A DNA stretch of 64,000 bases from NCBI GenBank assembly GCA_947447405.1, contig CANFKQ010000001.1, forward strand, positions 1,382 to 65,381, read 5' to 3'. This DNA comes from Comamonadaceae bacterium. Its GTDB lineage: Bacteria; Pseudomonadota; Gammaproteobacteria; Burkholderiales; Burkholderiaceae_C. A program made the position numbers and the translations under genes. The stretch's first letter is position 1, and every line of letters begins with the position of its first letter. A model generated the notes under the pieces. The model made no database searches. It was not told where the DNA came from and saw only the letters and a list, made by a program, of their open reading frames with translations. Shown here piece after piece: positions 29,792 through 41,090 of the stretch.

Positions 29792-32464
29792 GTGACTGAT
29801 TCTTTGAACAAACCCCTCGACCTCGCCGCCTTAGACAAATTGACTGGCGGAGCTTTTACCGTTTCCACATCGGCAGACCGCACTGCACGCCTACGCGACT
29901 GGCTCGCTGGTCAGCCCACTTTGGAGCAAGTACATGCCGTTTTTGACGAAATGAGTCATCGCGACAAGGGCGCTGCCAAAGTGCTGCGTGAAAAGTTGGA
30001 TGAGCTGCGCCGCAGCAAAGACCAAGACGCGCTGATCGTGGAGTGGGCCGCCAAAGGCGAAGCCTTGCGGGATGCATTGCACATCAATTTGGTCGATGCT
30101 ATGGGTTGGCAGCGCGATGCCGCTAAAGCTGGCGCGCCGTTGTCACGCGAGCCCTTGGCTGGTTTAAAAACTGCCTTGGCCGAGCGCGTGAAAGCCATCG
30201 AAGACTTGCAACACCAAACCCAAGTGCAACGCGAAGCCGCTGTGCTGTTAGCCCAACGCATTGAAGTCTTGTCGACCAAGCCTTGGCAAGATGCCTTGGC
30301 CCAGCGCGAAGCCTTGCAAGCCGACCTAGACCGTTGGGTCGACCAAGCCCAAGCCTTGGCAGCCGATGCTCAGTGGCCTAGCGTGGATGCCAAGTTTGCA
30401 TCCGCTTTGCAAACCAGCACCCAACAAGTGCAAGCCGTATGGACTGCTTTTGGCGAGGCATTGACCTTGACTGAAGCCGCTGCGGCTGATGCAGCAGCAC
30501 CTTTGCCAGCTGTGCCCGCATGGTCGGACCAAATTCGTGTGGCCCGTGGCGAAGTGTTGACCCAAACTGCAGCGCCTGCCAAAGCAACCAAGCCAGCCGC
30601 TGCTGGCGTGGACGCGACCCGCAAGGTCAAACCCATGGCAGACAAAACCGTAGTGGATCAAAAGCGTTTAGAGCTTGCCATGCAGGCTGAGGCCTTGTTC
30701 AAGCCCGTGACTGCAGTCAAGCCAGTCAAGGTTAAAGAGCCTAAAGTTGATAATGCGGCGCCAGTGCAAGACGCAGCGGTTGTCGAAGCCACGCAGTCAG
30801 CAGCTGTAGATGCACCTGCTGCGATTAAGGTAGTCGCCCCCCAAATTGTGGCCACAACCGTTACTGAAGTGTCAGAAGCTATTGTTGAAATCGCACTTGA
30901 GTCGACTGTCCCAGAAGCAGCGCCCGCTCAAAAATCAGCGATTGCTAAAGCGGATGACGTGGTCCGCGTGCCAACTGTTGGCGGCCGCAAGATGCAAGAA
31001 ACCTTGCGCAACTTGCGCGAGCAATGGAAAAAAATCGATAAAGAAGCTGCGCCCAACCCTGCGTTGTGGAAGCGCTTTGACGCTGCATGCAACCGTGCCC
31101 ACGAAGTGGTGGACGCATGGCTCAAAGAAGCCCGAGCACAAACCGCCGCCCACAAAGCTCAACGGTTGGCCTTGATTGAAGAAGTCAAAGCTTGGGCGCT
31201 TGAGCATGCCAATGGCCCCGATTGGAAAGGCGTAGCGCGCCAGTTGCACCAATTCGCCCAGCGCTGGCGCGAAAGCGGACACCTGAGTGAAAAAATGTTT
31301 GCCGAATTGCAGCCTGTTTGGAAAGCTGCCATTCACGCTGCGCACGAACCGTTGGAAGCCATGCAAAAGGCCAGTTTGGTTCGTCGCCACGCGCTGATTG
31401 CCGAAGCCCAAGCCTTGGGGGCTGCACCTTCGTTGCGTGTGGACGCCGTCAAAGCGCTGCAACAACGGTGGCAAGAAGAGGCCCACGCCGTTGTGCTCGA
31501 TCGCAAGCAAGAACAAAAACTGTGGGATGCTTTCCGCCAACCTATTGATGAAGCATTTGCGCGCAAGTCATCTGTGCGCGAGCAATCGCAAGCTGCACTG
31601 ACGCCGCACGACAAAGTCGTGCTCGATGCCGCAAAGGCGCTCGAATCAGCCACCGCCAACGGCGATGCATCTGCCATTCGCGCTGCCATGCAAACGCTAG
31701 AACAAATTGCCCGTGGTGACGTGGTGGCTGGTCATGCTGCCCTCGTTTCGGTGGAAACCACCGCTGCAGCCCCAGCCACAGAGGTCGCAGCTTCAGAGGA
31801 AGCGCCAGCGGCTGAAGCTGTTCCTGCCAAACCCAAAGCTGCAGCTCGTCCAGTTGTGGCCGTGCGCGGCGATGATCGCCCAGGCCAAAAACGCACCGAG
31901 GCCGCGCCTACGGGTCGCGGTCGTGAGGGCAAGCCCGGTAGCAAGTTTGGCGACAAGTCAGGCTTTGGCCGCGATAGTGGGCGCGAAGGCTTTGCACCAC
32001 GTGGTCCACGTTTGGGTGATGCGGCTTTTCGCGCCCAACGCTTTGCCTTGGAGTCAGCCCAAGACGCACTGCGTCGCTTGGCAGCACATGCCCATGGCGA
32101 GGTGTTGACCCAGCTCATGCACGCCTGGGAAAAGCGCGATGCCGCGCAATTGCCAGCCGCGCAAGCCATTGGCAGCAAGCTCAGCCCGGCACAGCGTACG
32201 CAATGGTCGCAAGCTTTGTCGGCTCAGCCTCAAGGCGATGCCGTCACGCCTTTGTTGCGTTTGGAAGTCGCTGCTGATTTGCCCACACCCGCTGCACAAA
32301 TGGATGCCCGCCGTGCCTTGCAGTTGCAAATGCTCACGCGTCGCAATGACCCATCGCCTCAAATGACATGGGCGGCTGACGCTGCGCAAGTGTTGGGTGG
32401 TGCCTTTGATGAAGCGGCCGCGCGTCGGTTGCAAGCGGCACTGAAGGTGTTGTTGAAGCGCTAA
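29792..32464 (+). CDS. DUF349-domain protein
   Basis: Repeated L...WK / LW.RF..AC helical motifs; large Ala-rich protein. Confidence 0.75.
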   Translation: MTDSLNKPLDLAALDKLTGGAFTVSTSADRTARLRDWLAGQPTLEQVHAVFDEMSHRDKGAAKVLREKLDELRRSKDQDALIVEWAAKGEALRDALHINLVDAMGWQRDAAKAGAPLSREPLAGLKTALAERVKAIEDLQHQTQVQREAAVLLAQRIEVLSTKPWQDALAQREALQADLDRWVDQAQALAADAQWPSVDAKFASALQTSTQQVQAVWTAFGEALTLTEAAAADAAAPLPAVPAWSDQIRVARGEVLTQTAAPAKATKPAAAGVDATRKVKPMADKTVVDQKRLELAMQAEALFKPVTAVKPVKVKEPKVDNAAPVQDAAVVEATQSAAVDAPAAIKVVAPQIVATTVTEVSEAIVEIALESTVPEAAPAQKSAIAKADDVVRVPTVGGRKMQETLRNLREQWKKIDKEAAPNPALWKRFDAACNRAHEVVDAWLKEARAQTAAHKAQRLALIEEVKAWALEHANGPDWKGVARQLHQFAQRWRESGHLSEKMFAELQPVWKAAIHAAHEPLEAMQKASLVRRHALIAEAQALGAAPSLRVDAVKALQQRWQEEAHAVVLDRKQEQKLWDAFRQPIDEAFARKSSVREQSQAALTPHDKVVLDAAKALESATANGDASAIRAAMQTLEQIARGDVVAGHAALVSVETTAAAPATEVAASEEAPAAEAVPAKPKAAARPVVAVRGDDRPGQKRTEAAPTGRGREGKPGSKFGDKSGFGRDSGREGFAPRGPRLGDAAFRAQRFALESAQDALRRLAAHAHGEVLTQLMHAWEKRDAAQLPAAQAIGSKLSPAQRTQWSQALSAQPQGDAVTPLLRLEVAADLPTPAAQMDARRALQLQMLTRRNDPSPQMTWAADAAQVLGGAFDEAAARRLQAALKVLLKR

Positions 32465-33294
32465 GTCAAGCTCAGTGGCAATCGACAAAGCCCCCTTGTG
32501 GGGCTATGTTCGTTTTGGCGGAGCCAGCTCACCACTTCAAGTCGCGGCAGTTTGTTGTCTGCGTGCCAATCGCTCAGCACCCACTGGCTAAGGCCGTGGC
32601 CTAAGTCGTGCACCGCAGGTTTGTGGGTGTGACCGTGCAGCAGCACTTGTGCCTCGGTGGCATTCAGCCACGCGATGGCGGCGTGGGTGTCTACATCGGC
32701 ATAACCGACGAAGTTCGGGAGATCGGTGTGGCTTTGTTTACGTGCTTCGCTTTGGCTGCGCACGCTGCGGGCATAAGCCTGGCGCTCGGCCAAAGGCTTG
32801 GCCAAGAAAGCCGCTTGCCATTCGGGCTGGCGCACCTGGGCACGAAACGCCAAATAGTCGTGGTCGTCTAGGCACAAGGCATCGCCGTGACTGAGCAAGA
32901 TCCGTGTGGGCTTGGCACGGCCAGTGGCGCCAAGGTCAAGCACCGTTGGGTCGCTCAAACCTTGCATGCCTGTGGCATTGAGTAATTGAGTGCCCACCAA
33001 AAAGTCGCGGTTGCCGCACATGAAGTACACAGCCATGCGCTGCGACGTGGCTTTGAGCACGGACATGCATTGCAAGGCGAATGGGTCTTGTATGTCGTCG
33101 CCCACCCACACTTCAAATAAATCGCCCAAGATGAACAGGGCATCTGCCGGTGTGTGCGCCATGTGCTGCGCCCACGCGTCAAACGTGGCTGGCTCGCTGA
33201 CGTCTAGGTGCAGATCAGAAATGAAGTCAACGCGTTGCCAATGCTGCGGTGCATGCACGCAGTATGCAGGCTGAGGCAGTGGCGGCGCAGACAT
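32461..33294 (-). CDS. lpxH: UDP-2,3-diacylglucosamine hydrolase
   Basis: FISDLHL, GDLFEVWVGDD, GNRDF, HGD and HGHTH motifs; follows ppiB. Confidence 0.92.
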   Translation of the reverse strand: MSAPPLPQPAYCVHAPQHWQRVDFISDLHLDVSEPATFDAWAQHMAHTPADALFILGDLFEVWVGDDIQDPFALQCMSVLKATSQRMAVYFMCGNRDFLVGTQLLNATGMQGLSDPTVLDLGATGRAKPTRILLSHGDALCLDDHDYLAFRAQVRQPEWQAAFLAKPLAERQAYARSVRSQSEARKQSHTDLPNFVGYADVDTHAAIAWLNATEAQVLLHGHTHKPAVHDLGHGLSQWVLSDWHADNKLPRLEVVSWLRQNEHSPTRGLCRLPLSLT

Positions 33295-33303
33295 GGACGA
33301 GGC

Positions 33304-33810
33304 TTAAAGCGCGACAGCTTTTTCGATGATCACGTCTTCTTTTGGCACGTCATCATGGAAACCTTTGCGGCCAGTTTTAACGGCAGCAATTTTGTCGACC
33401 ACGTCATTGCCGCTCACGACTTTGCCAAACACGGCGTAGCCCCAGCCTTGCATGCTGGGGGCTTTGTGGTTCAAAAATTCGTTGTTTGCTACGTTGATGA
33501 AGAACTGGGCAGTGGCCGAATGCGGGTCAGACGTGCGGGCCATGGCCAGCGTGTAGTGGTTGTTTTTCAAGCCGTTGTTGGCTTCGTTCTCAATGGGGGC
33601 ATCACACTCTTTTTGCGTCATTCCCGGCTCAAACCCGCCGCCTTGCACCATGAACCCTGGAATCACGCGGTGAAAAATGGTTTTGTCATAGTGACCTTTG
33701 TTCACATAGTGCAGAAAGTTTTCAGCACACTTGGGAGCTTTTTCAGCGTCCAGTTCGATGGTGATGATGCCGTGGTCCAAGATGTGCAGTTCGACTTGAG
33801 GGTTGCTCAT
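33304..33810 (-). CDS. ppiB: cyclophilin-type peptidyl-prolyl isomerase (cytoplasmic)
   Basis: [14 protein letters not shown] and [18 protein letters not shown] motifs. Confidence 0.93.
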   Translation of the reverse strand: MSNPQVELHILDHGIITIELDAEKAPKCAENFLHYVNKGHYDKTIFHRVIPGFMVQGGGFEPGMTQKECDAPIENEANNGLKNNHYTLAMARTSDPHSATAQFFINVANNEFLNHKAPSMQGWGYAVFGKVVSGNDVVDKIAAVKTGRKGFHDDVPKEDVIIEKAVAL

Positions 33811-33849
33811 GGTGTGTTTCCTTAAATGAAATGAGATGTTGACGCGTAC

Positions 33850-34452
33850 TTAAAGCACGTTGGCCGATTGAATGATGATTGGCGTGCGCGGCACGTCAGA
33901 CGGGAAGGGGCCACCGAAACCGGTCTGTACGCTTTTAATTTTGGTGATGGTCTCCATGCCGGACACCACTTTGCCAAAAACCGTGTAGCCGTGTTGTTGT
34001 GGCGTGGGGTCCAAAAAGCCGTTGTCCATCACGTTGATGAAAAACTGAGACGTGGCCGAGTTGGGCACATTGGTGCGCGCCATGGCAATCGTGCCCACGG
34101 TGTTGCGTGGACCGCCTTTGGATAAGGCTTCGCGGCCTTCGTGCTCAACAGGTGGGCGTGTGCGGCGCTCGATGTAGCGCTGGTCGTAGCCACCGCCTTG
34201 CACCATGAAGTTGCCAATTACACGGTGAAAAATTGTGCCGTCGTAGTGCTTGTCGCGTACGTATTGCAAAAAGTTGTCGACGGTCTTGGGCGCTTTGTCT
34301 GGGTAGACCTCAACCACAAACTCACCGGCGTTGGTGACGAACTTCACGCGAGGCGCATCTTGGGCAATGGCCGTTTGTGCCAAGCCCACTAAGGCGAAGG
34401 CGCAAATGCTTGCTTTGCAAAGCGCGCGTCGGGTCACGGATAAAAGTGTCAT
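33850..34452 (-). CDS. ppiA: cyclophilin-type peptidyl-prolyl isomerase (periplasmic)
   Basis: Signal peptide; FHRVI.NFMVQGGG and SATSQFFIN motifs. Confidence 0.88.
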   Translation of the reverse strand: MTLLSVTRRALCKASICAFALVGLAQTAIAQDAPRVKFVTNAGEFVVEVYPDKAPKTVDNFLQYVRDKHYDGTIFHRVIGNFMVQGGGYDQRYIERRTRPPVEHEGREALSKGGPRNTVGTIAMARTNVPNSATSQFFINVMDNGFLDPTPQQHGYTVFGKVVSGMETITKIKSVQTGFGGPFPSDVPRTPIIIQSANVL

Positions 34453-35114
34453 GGTTTGCCTTGGGTAATTTCTAGGACGGGTTTGAGTCGTTCAATTTTT
34501 TGAGCAGGCTCGCGTTGTTTGGCATCAATCGCCAAAGATCGTTCATACGACTGGCGCGCCATATTGACCAGCAGGTCTCCCATATTTTCGTGGGCTGATG
34601 CGTAGTTAGGGTTGGCCCGCAAAGCGGCATCAAGCGATGCTTTGGCATTGGGGTAGTCGCCTTTGGAGGCGTAAATGACGCCTAAGTTGTTGTGCGGTTC
34701 AGCCAGCTCTGGGTAGTCTTGCGTGAGGCCTAGGTAGATCTGCTGTGCCATCTCGGGCTGGCCCATTTGCTCGAAAATGTAGCCCTGCCAAAAACGCATT
34801 TGTGGGTCACGCGGGTTGGCAGACAAACCTTTGTTAACCAACAGCAAGGCTTGTGGGTACTTGGCTTGGCGCAGTAGCTTGCGCACATCGTTGTGCGGCG
34901 TGCTGATGACTGTGGGCAGAGTGGACTGACCGGGTTGCCATTCCAGCGCCTCCACGTTTTGGGCTCTGGCAAAGCCTGCCGCAGTTCCCATCAGCGTCAC
35001 ACCTATTGCGAGGTAACGCATTCCGTGGGTGGCCCAATGGGCGGTTGCGCTGAGCTGGGGGGCTTGAAGCGATGCCAATGGCTTGGCTTTGGAGGGGGCG
35101 TGAGGGTTTGTCAT
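34449..35114 (-). CDS. tetratricopeptide-repeat protein
   Basis: YPELAEPHNNLGVIYA and NPNYASAHENMGD TPRs; start at MTNPH is inferred. Confidence 0.85.
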   Translation of the reverse strand: MTNPHAPSKAKPLASLQAPQLSATAHWATHGMRYLAIGVTLMGTAAGFARAQNVEALEWQPGQSTLPTVISTPHNDVRKLLRQAKYPQALLLVNKGLSANPRDPQMRFWQGYIFEQMGQPEMAQQIYLGLTQDYPELAEPHNNLGVIYASKGDYPNAKASLDAALRANPNYASAHENMGDLLVNMARQSYERSLAIDAKQREPAQKIERLKPVLEITQGKP

Positions 35115-35216
35115 GTGCTTTGTATACTGGAGGCATTGTAAAACAGAGGGTCTAGACGACTCTTTGGCTTTCACCTTAATACCGACCCTTCATTGCGGTC
35201 TTCTCTCGATTCACTC

Positions 35217-36590
35217 ATGACGCTTCGCATTCACAACACGCTTACGCGTGCGCTGGAGAACTTTTCTCCGCTCGAACCTGGCCATGTGCGCATGTATGTG
35301 TGCGGCATGACCGTGTACGACTTGTGCCACTTGGGCCATGCCCGTTCGATGGTGGCGTTTGATGTGGTGCAACGTTGGCTCAAAGCCAGTGGCTACCGTG
35401 TGACTTATGTGCGCAACATTACTGACATTGACGACAAAATTATCAAGCGCTCGCTCGAAAACGGCGAAACCGTGCGCGGCCTGACCGATCGCATGATTGA
35501 TGCGCTGCACCAAGATGCTGATGCCCTAGGCATTGAGCGCCCCACGCACGAGCCCCGTGCGATGGACTATGTGCCGCAAATGCTGTCGATGATTGGCACT
35601 TTGAAAGACAAAGGATTGGCCTACCAATCTAGCAATGGCGATGTGAACTATGCCGTGCGCAAGTTTGCGGGTTACGGCAAGCTGTCAGGCAAGTCCTTGG
35701 ATGAATTACAAGCGGGCGAGCGCGTACCGGTGGACGATGGCAAGCAAGATCCACTGGACTTTGTGTTGTGGAAATCAGCGAAAACAAGCGAGCCCGACGA
35801 AGTTAAATGGGCCAGTCCCTTTGGTGCAGGCCGCCCAGGCTGGCACATTGAATGCTCGGCTATGAGTTGCGAGATGTTGGGCCAAAGCTTTGACATCCAC
35901 GGTGGCGGCGCTGACTTGCAGTTCCCGCACCACGAAAACGAAATTGCCCAGAGCGAAGGCGCCAATGGCCTAAAAATGGCCAGTGTGTGGATGCACAATG
36001 GCTTCATCAATGTGGACAACGAGAAAATGTCCAAGAGCTTGGGTAACTTCTTTACCATCCGCGATGTGTTGAAAGAGTTTGATGCTGAGACCGTGCGTTT
36101 CTTCGTGGTGCGTAGCCACTACCGCAGCCAGCTCAATTACAGCGATGTGCATTTGAACGATGCCCGTGGTGGCTTAAAGCGCCTTTACACCGCGTTGGGT
36201 ACGGTTGCTGCAGAAGACATCAAGATTGATTGGGCCGAGCCACATGCGGCTCGCTTCAAAGCGGCCATGGACGAAGACTTTGGCACACCCGAAGCCGTCG
36301 CGGTGTTGTTTGAACTCGCCAGCGAAGTCAACCGATCCCAGTCAGCACAGACGGCTGGCTTGCTCAAGGCCTTGGGTGGTTTATTGGGCTTGTTGCAAGA
36401 CGACCCCAAAGCCTTTGCTCAAGCTGGCGCAGGGGGGAATGAAGATGCCATTCAAACCCAAATCGCGGCCCGTGCTGCGGCCAAAGCTGCCAAGAACTTC
36501 GCCGAAGCTGACCGCATCCGCCAAACTTTGGCTGCTGAGGGCATTGTGCTCAAAGACTCGCCCACGGGCACCACTTGGGAGCGTGGCTAA
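35217..36590 (+). CDS. cysS: cysteine--tRNA ligase
   Basis: CGMTVYD..HLGH, PGWHIEC and KMSKS motifs. Confidence 0.97.
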   Translation: MTLRIHNTLTRALENFSPLEPGHVRMYVCGMTVYDLCHLGHARSMVAFDVVQRWLKASGYRVTYVRNITDIDDKIIKRSLENGETVRGLTDRMIDALHQDADALGIERPTHEPRAMDYVPQMLSMIGTLKDKGLAYQSSNGDVNYAVRKFAGYGKLSGKSLDELQAGERVPVDDGKQDPLDFVLWKSAKTSEPDEVKWASPFGAGRPGWHIECSAMSCEMLGQSFDIHGGGADLQFPHHENEIAQSEGANGLKMASVWMHNGFINVDNEKMSKSLGNFFTIRDVLKEFDAETVRFFVVRSHYRSQLNYSDVHLNDARGGLKRLYTALGTVAAEDIKIDWAEPHAARFKAAMDEDFGTPEAVAVLFELASEVNRSQSAQTAGLLKALGGLLGLLQDDPKAFAQAGAGGNEDAIQTQIAARAAAKAAKNFAEADRIRQTLAAEGIVLKDSPTGTTWERG

Positions 36591-37238
36591 TTGATGGTAG
36601 CCCAAGAAAAAATCACAATCGCAACGCCCGAGTATTGGGCTGATGCATGCAAACACTTGGTCAAAAAAGACCGAGTGATGAAGCGCCTCATTCCTCAGTT
36701 TGGCGAAGCCTCGCTGCAGTCACGCGGCGACGCGTTTGTGACTTTGGCACGCAGCATCGTGGGCCAACAGGTGTCGGTCAAAGCTGCTCAAACGGTGTGG
36801 GACCGCTTTGCTTTACTGCCCCGCAAAATCACGCCTGGTAATGTGCTCAAGCTCAAGGTGGACGATATGCGTGCGGCCGGTTTGTCGGCTCGCAAAGTCG
36901 AGTACATCGTCGATTTGGCGCTGCACTTTGACAACGGTGCTTTGCATGTGAAGAAATGGTCGGAGATGACGGATGACGCCATCATCGAAGAACTTGTCGC
37001 TATTCGCGGTATTGGGCGTTGGACGGCGGAAATGTTTTTGATGTTCCACCTCATGCGGCCTAATGTGTTACCGCTCGATGATGTGGGGCTGATCAACGGG
37101 ATTAGTCATAACTATTTTTCGGGCGAGGCGGTTAGCCGCAGTGAAGCCCGAGAGGTGGCTGCTCCTTGGGCACCATACTGCAGTGTGGCGACTTGGTATA
37201 TTTGGCGATCGCTAGATCCGCTGCCAGTGTCTTACTGA
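36591..37238 (+). CDS. DNA-3-methyladenine glycosylase II (AlkA family)
   Basis: SIVGQQVS, HhH IRGIGRWTAEMFL and LPLDD motifs. Confidence 0.9.
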   Translation: MMVAQEKITIATPEYWADACKHLVKKDRVMKRLIPQFGEASLQSRGDAFVTLARSIVGQQVSVKAAQTVWDRFALLPRKITPGNVLKLKVDDMRAAGLSARKVEYIVDLALHFDNGALHVKKWSEMTDDAIIEELVAIRGIGRWTAEMFLMFHLMRPNVLPLDDVGLINGISHNYFSGEAVSRSEAREVAAPWAPYCSVATWYIWRSLDPLPVSY

Positions 37239-37259
37239 GCGGCTAAGGAGTAATTAATT

Positions 37260-38234
37260 TTGGCTAAACGAACTTTCCTCGACTTTGAACAACCGATTGC
37301 TGAGCTAGAAGGCAAGATCGATGAGCTTCGCTATGTGCAAAGCGAGTCCGCGGTTGATATTTCTGACGAGATTGAGCAGCTCAGCAAAAAGAGCATGCAG
37401 CTGACCAAAGATATTTACAGCGCCCTCACGCCTTGGCAAATCACCAAAATTGCTCGCCATGCTGAGCGCCCTTACACGCTGGATTACATCAGCGAAATCT
37501 TCACCGACTTTGTAGAAATGCACGGCGACCGCCACTTTGCAGACGACATGAGCATTGTGGGGGGCTTAGCGCGCTTCAATGGCAATGCCTGTATGGTCTT
37601 GGGTCAGCAAAAAGGCCGCGACACCAAAGAGCGCGCCTTGCGTAACTTCGGTATGAGCAAGCCTGAGGGTTACCGTAAAGCCCTGCGTTTGATGAAGACG
37701 GCTGAGAAGTTCAAGCTGCCTGTGTTCACCTTTGTGGACACCCCTGGCGCTTATCCCGGAATTGATGCCGAAGAGCGCAGTCAGTCCGAAGCAATTGGCC
37801 GTAATATTTTTGAAATGGCACAACTCGAAGTGCCGATCATTACCACCATCATTGGTGAAGGTGGCTCGGGTGGCGCATTGGCTATCAGCGTGGCTGACCA
37901 AGTGTTGATGCTCCAGTACTCGGTGTACTCGGTCATCAGTCCCGAAGGTTGTGCCTCGATCTTGTGGAAAACCTCTGACCGTGCTGAAGACGCTGCTGAG
38001 CAATTGGGCATCACTGCCCATCGCTTGAAAGCCTTGGGGCTAGTTGACAAAATCGTGAACGAGCCCGTGGGTGGCGCGCACCGCGACCCCAAGCAAATGT
38101 CTGCTCAACTCAAGCGTGGCTTGAACGACGCATGGCGCCAAGTGACTGACATGAAAGTCAAAGAGTTGCTCGATAAGCGTTATGAGCGTCTGCAAAGCTA
38201 TGGCCGTTTCAACGACACCAAAGCTGAACGCTAA
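37260..38234 (+). CDS. accA: acetyl-CoA carboxylase carboxyltransferase subunit alpha
   Basis: [16 protein letters not shown] and GEGGSGGAL motifs; TTG start with AAGGAG RBS. Confidence 0.97.
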   Translation: MAKRTFLDFEQPIAELEGKIDELRYVQSESAVDISDEIEQLSKKSMQLTKDIYSALTPWQITKIARHAERPYTLDYISEIFTDFVEMHGDRHFADDMSIVGGLARFNGNACMVLGQQKGRDTKERALRNFGMSKPEGYRKALRLMKTAEKFKLPVFTFVDTPGAYPGIDAEERSQSEAIGRNIFEMAQLEVPIITTIIGEGGSGGALAISVADQVLMLQYSVYSVISPEGCASILWKTSDRAEDAAEQLGITAHRLKALGLVDKIVNEPVGGAHRDPKQMSAQLKRGLNDAWRQVTDMKVKELLDKRYERLQSYGRFNDTKAER

Positions 38235-39165
38235 TTTTCCCTCGCTGGCTGCGCTCCAGCATTTAGGCCTCTTCGCCGTTGCAGTGAGCGGCGGGGCTGA
38301 CTCCACAGCCTTACTCGTTGCTTGTGCCACTCGATGGCCGGGTCGTGTGCATGCTGTGCATGTGCATCACGGACTGCAAGCGGCTGCGGATGGTTTTGAA
38401 GCGCACTGCGCGGACTTGTGTGAACGCATGAAGGTGCCGCTGGTGGTGCAACGCGTCAACGCCCTTCATGCCGCTGGTGAAAGCCCAGAAGATGCTGCCC
38501 GCCAAGCACGTTACCGAGCGCTGGCTGAGGCGCTGCAAAACAACTGGGGTGGACAGATCAAACACATGGCCTTGGCCCAGCATGCGGATGACCAAGTGGA
38601 GACCTTATTGCTGGCGCTCTCGCGAGGCGCTGGTTTGCCTGGGCTTGCGTGCATGCCCGCTTCGGCCGAGCGTGATGGTGTGACTTACCACCGTCCATGG
38701 CTCGATGTGCCCGGGCGTGAGTTGCGCGTGGCATTGAATGCCGTATGCGAAACATGGGTCGAAGACCCGACCAATACCGACACGCGCTACACCCGCAACC
38801 GCATTCGTGCTGAGCTGTTGCCGGTGATTGAAAAGGCTTTTCCATCTTTCAGACAAACTTTTGCTCGCAGTGCTTCGCATGCGGCTCAAGCGCAAACCTT
38901 GCTGCAAGAAGTTGCCGAACAAGATTTGCAGCTCGTGGGCAATCCGCCAGCTATCAAGGCTTTGCAGCCGCTCAGTGAGGCTCGGCAATCGAACGTGTTG
39001 CGCTACTGGCTGGCGCTAGAGCACTCACAAGCCAGTGCGGCTCAGTTGCAAGCGTTGTTGTTGCAAGTGAAAGCCTGCACAACACGTGGTCACCACATCG
39101 ACATCAAGGTGGGGCGTGGGTTTGTGCAGCGAGATGGGGCGGTGTTGCGTTGCTACAATCTGTAG
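38182..39165 (+). CDS. tilS: tRNA(Ile)-lysidine synthase (short form)
   Basis: [10 protein letters not shown]-loop, HADDQVET and EDPTN..YTRNRIR motifs; start uncertain. Confidence 0.92.
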   Translation: MSVCKAMAVSTTPKLNANFPSLAALQHLGLFAVAVSGGADSTALLVACATRWPGRVHAVHVHHGLQAAADGFEAHCADLCERMKVPLVVQRVNALHAAGESPEDAARQARYRALAEALQNNWGGQIKHMALAQHADDQVETLLLALSRGAGLPGLACMPASAERDGVTYHRPWLDVPGRELRVALNAVCETWVEDPTNTDTRYTRNRIRAELLPVIEKAFPSFRQTFARSASHAAQAQTLLQEVAEQDLQLVGNPPAIKALQPLSEARQSNVLRYWLALEHSQASAAQLQALLLQVKACTTRGHHIDIKVGRGFVQRDGAVLRCYNL

Positions 39166-39200
39166 GTTTTTTGCCCATAACACAACAGTTTTAAAGAAAT

Positions 39201-40469
39201 ATGGCATTGATTGTTCATAAATACGGCGGCACGTCGATGGGCTCGACAGAGCGCATTCGCAACGTCGCCAAGCGCGTGGCCAAGTGGTCCCGTGCGGGTC
39301 ACCAAATGGTGGTGGTTCCTTCCGCGATGAGTGGTGAAACCAACCGTTTGCTTGGCCTCGCCAAAGAATTGGCCCCCTCCAAAGCCGATTCGGCCTACAA
39401 CCGCGAACTCGACATGCTAGCCTCGACAGGTGAGCAAGCGTCTTCTGCGTTGCTGGCTATTGCACTGCAAGCCGAAGGCCAGCCTTCCGTGAGCTACGCT
39501 GGCTGGCAAGTACCAATTCGCACCAACAACGCCTACACCAAGGCCCGTATTGAGTCGATCGATGACGTGCGCGTTCGTGCAGACTTGGACGCTGGCAAAG
39601 TGGTCATCATCACGGGTTTCCAAGGCAAAGACGAGCACGACAACATCACGACTCTAGGCCGTGGTGGATCTGACACCTCGGCTGTGGCCGTGGCCGCAGC
39701 GCTTAAAGCCAAAGAGTGTTTGATTTACACCGACGTGGATGGCGTGTACACCACGGACCCACGTGTGGTGCCTGAAGCCCGTCGCTTAGAAACACTGTGT
39801 TTCGAAGAAATGCTGGAAATGGCATCTTTAGGTAGCAAAGTTTTGCAAATTCGCTCGGTTGAATTTGCAGGTAAATACAAGGTGCCGCTGCGCGTGTTGT
39901 CCAGCTTCACCGCGTGGGACATTGACATCAACGAAGAAGCTAAATCAGGCACGTTGATCACCTTTGAGGAAGACGAAAAAATGGAACAAGCAATCGTATC
40001 GGGCATCGCATTCAACCGCGATGAGGCCAAAATTTCTGTGGTCGGCGTGCCCGACAAGCCAGGCATCGCTTACCAAATTTTGGGCGCTGTGGCCGAAGCC
40101 AACATTGAAGTGGACATGATCATCCAAAACATCAGCAAGGATGGCAAAACCGATTTCAGTTTCACTGTGCACCGCAACGACTACGCGCGTACCACTGACT
40201 TGTTGAAAGACAAAGTGTTGCCGGCCTTGGGCGCAAGCGATGTGCAAGGCGACACCAAGATTTGCAAAGTGTCTATCGTGGGTATTGGTATGCGCAGCCA
40301 TGTGGGTGTGGCCAGCAAGATGTTCCGCTCATTGAGCGAGGAGGGCATCAACATCCAAATGATCTCAACCTCTGAAATCAAAACATCGGTGGTGATCGAC
40401 GAGAAATACATGGAACTCGCTGTGCGCGCGTTGCATAAAGCTTTCGATTTGGATCAGCCCGCAGCATAG
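39201..40469 (+). CDS. lysC: aspartate kinase
   Basis: KYGGTS, TLGRGGSDTSA and DVDGVYT motifs; two ACT domains. Confidence 0.96.
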   Translation: MALIVHKYGGTSMGSTERIRNVAKRVAKWSRAGHQMVVVPSAMSGETNRLLGLAKELAPSKADSAYNRELDMLASTGEQASSALLAIALQAEGQPSVSYAGWQVPIRTNNAYTKARIESIDDVRVRADLDAGKVVIITGFQGKDEHDNITTLGRGGSDTSAVAVAAALKAKECLIYTDVDGVYTTDPRVVPEARRLETLCFEEMLEMASLGSKVLQIRSVEFAGKYKVPLRVLSSFTAWDIDINEEAKSGTLITFEEDEKMEQAIVSGIAFNRDEAKISVVGVPDKPGIAYQILGAVAEANIEVDMIIQNISKDGKTDFSFTVHRNDYARTTDLLKDKVLPALGASDVQGDTKICKVSIVGIGMRSHVGVASKMFRSLSEEGINIQMISTSEIKTSVVIDEKYMELAVRALHKAFDLDQPAA

Positions 40470-40492
40470 TTAGGGCATAATACGCACCTGCT

Positions 40493-40585
40493 GGAAACGT
40501 GACCGAGTGGCCGAAGGTGCTCCCCTGCTAAGGGAGTATGGGGTGTAGAGCCTCATCGAGGGTTCGAATCCCTCCGTTTCCGCCA
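40493..40585 (+). tRNA. tRNA-Ser(GCT)
   Basis: Cloverleaf with anticodon arm CTCCC-CTGCTAA-GGGAG, long variable arm, GGTTCGAATCC and 3' CCA. Confidence 0.96.
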
Positions 40586-40595
40586 GCTAGTTTGA

Positions 40596-40620
40596 GCCCC
40601 TGAGTAATCAGGGGCTTTTT
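40596..40620 (+). terminator. terminator after tRNA-Ser
   Basis: AGCCCCTGA-GTAA-TCAGGGGCT followed by TTTT. Confidence 0.85.
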
Positions 40621-40838
40621 CTTTGGAAGCCCCACACCGTGCGGGCTTGCGGCGAGCGATTGCTTTCTCTGAATGCCAAATATCGCTATTTCAGAGCTGA
40701 TTAGGGCCCATTTCTCCCCGTATTCTCAGAAGCCATTTCAGGCAGTCCATACTTCCACTGGACCTTTTCTCTGCTCGGGCAATGACTAAGGGCGCCGCAG
40801 CGCCCTTTATTTCGTCTTTTGATTGGGGTTGTCTACCT

Positions 40839-41012
40839 TTAGATTACTCCTAACAATTTTCTTTGCTCTCCCCAGTTTGCAGGCAGCGGTAAATGGCTGA
40901 TTAGCTTTTTAGCGGTAAGTTGAGGTGGGTGTTCTCCCTTGGATATTCGCTCGATGATGTCCGGTGCCAGCATTGCCATCAGCAGAAGCCGAGAGACATA
41001 GTTGACGGTGAC
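40839..41012 (-). pseudogene. C-terminal remnant of a large serine (site-specific) recombinase
   Basis: Hand translation VTVNYVSRLLLMAMLAPDIIERISKGEHPPQLTAKKLISHLPLPANWGEQRKLLGVI*, resembling the YVSR..RLA.LAPDI...G.QP..LT...L....LP..W.EQR tail; in-frame TAG immediately upstream. Confidence 0.75.
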
Positions 41013-41090
41013 CTACGGCAATCAAGGCCAGTAGCTTTAGGTCATCCAGATGGCGCAGTATTCTGAAAACGCGGATTGACATTCCCATCT

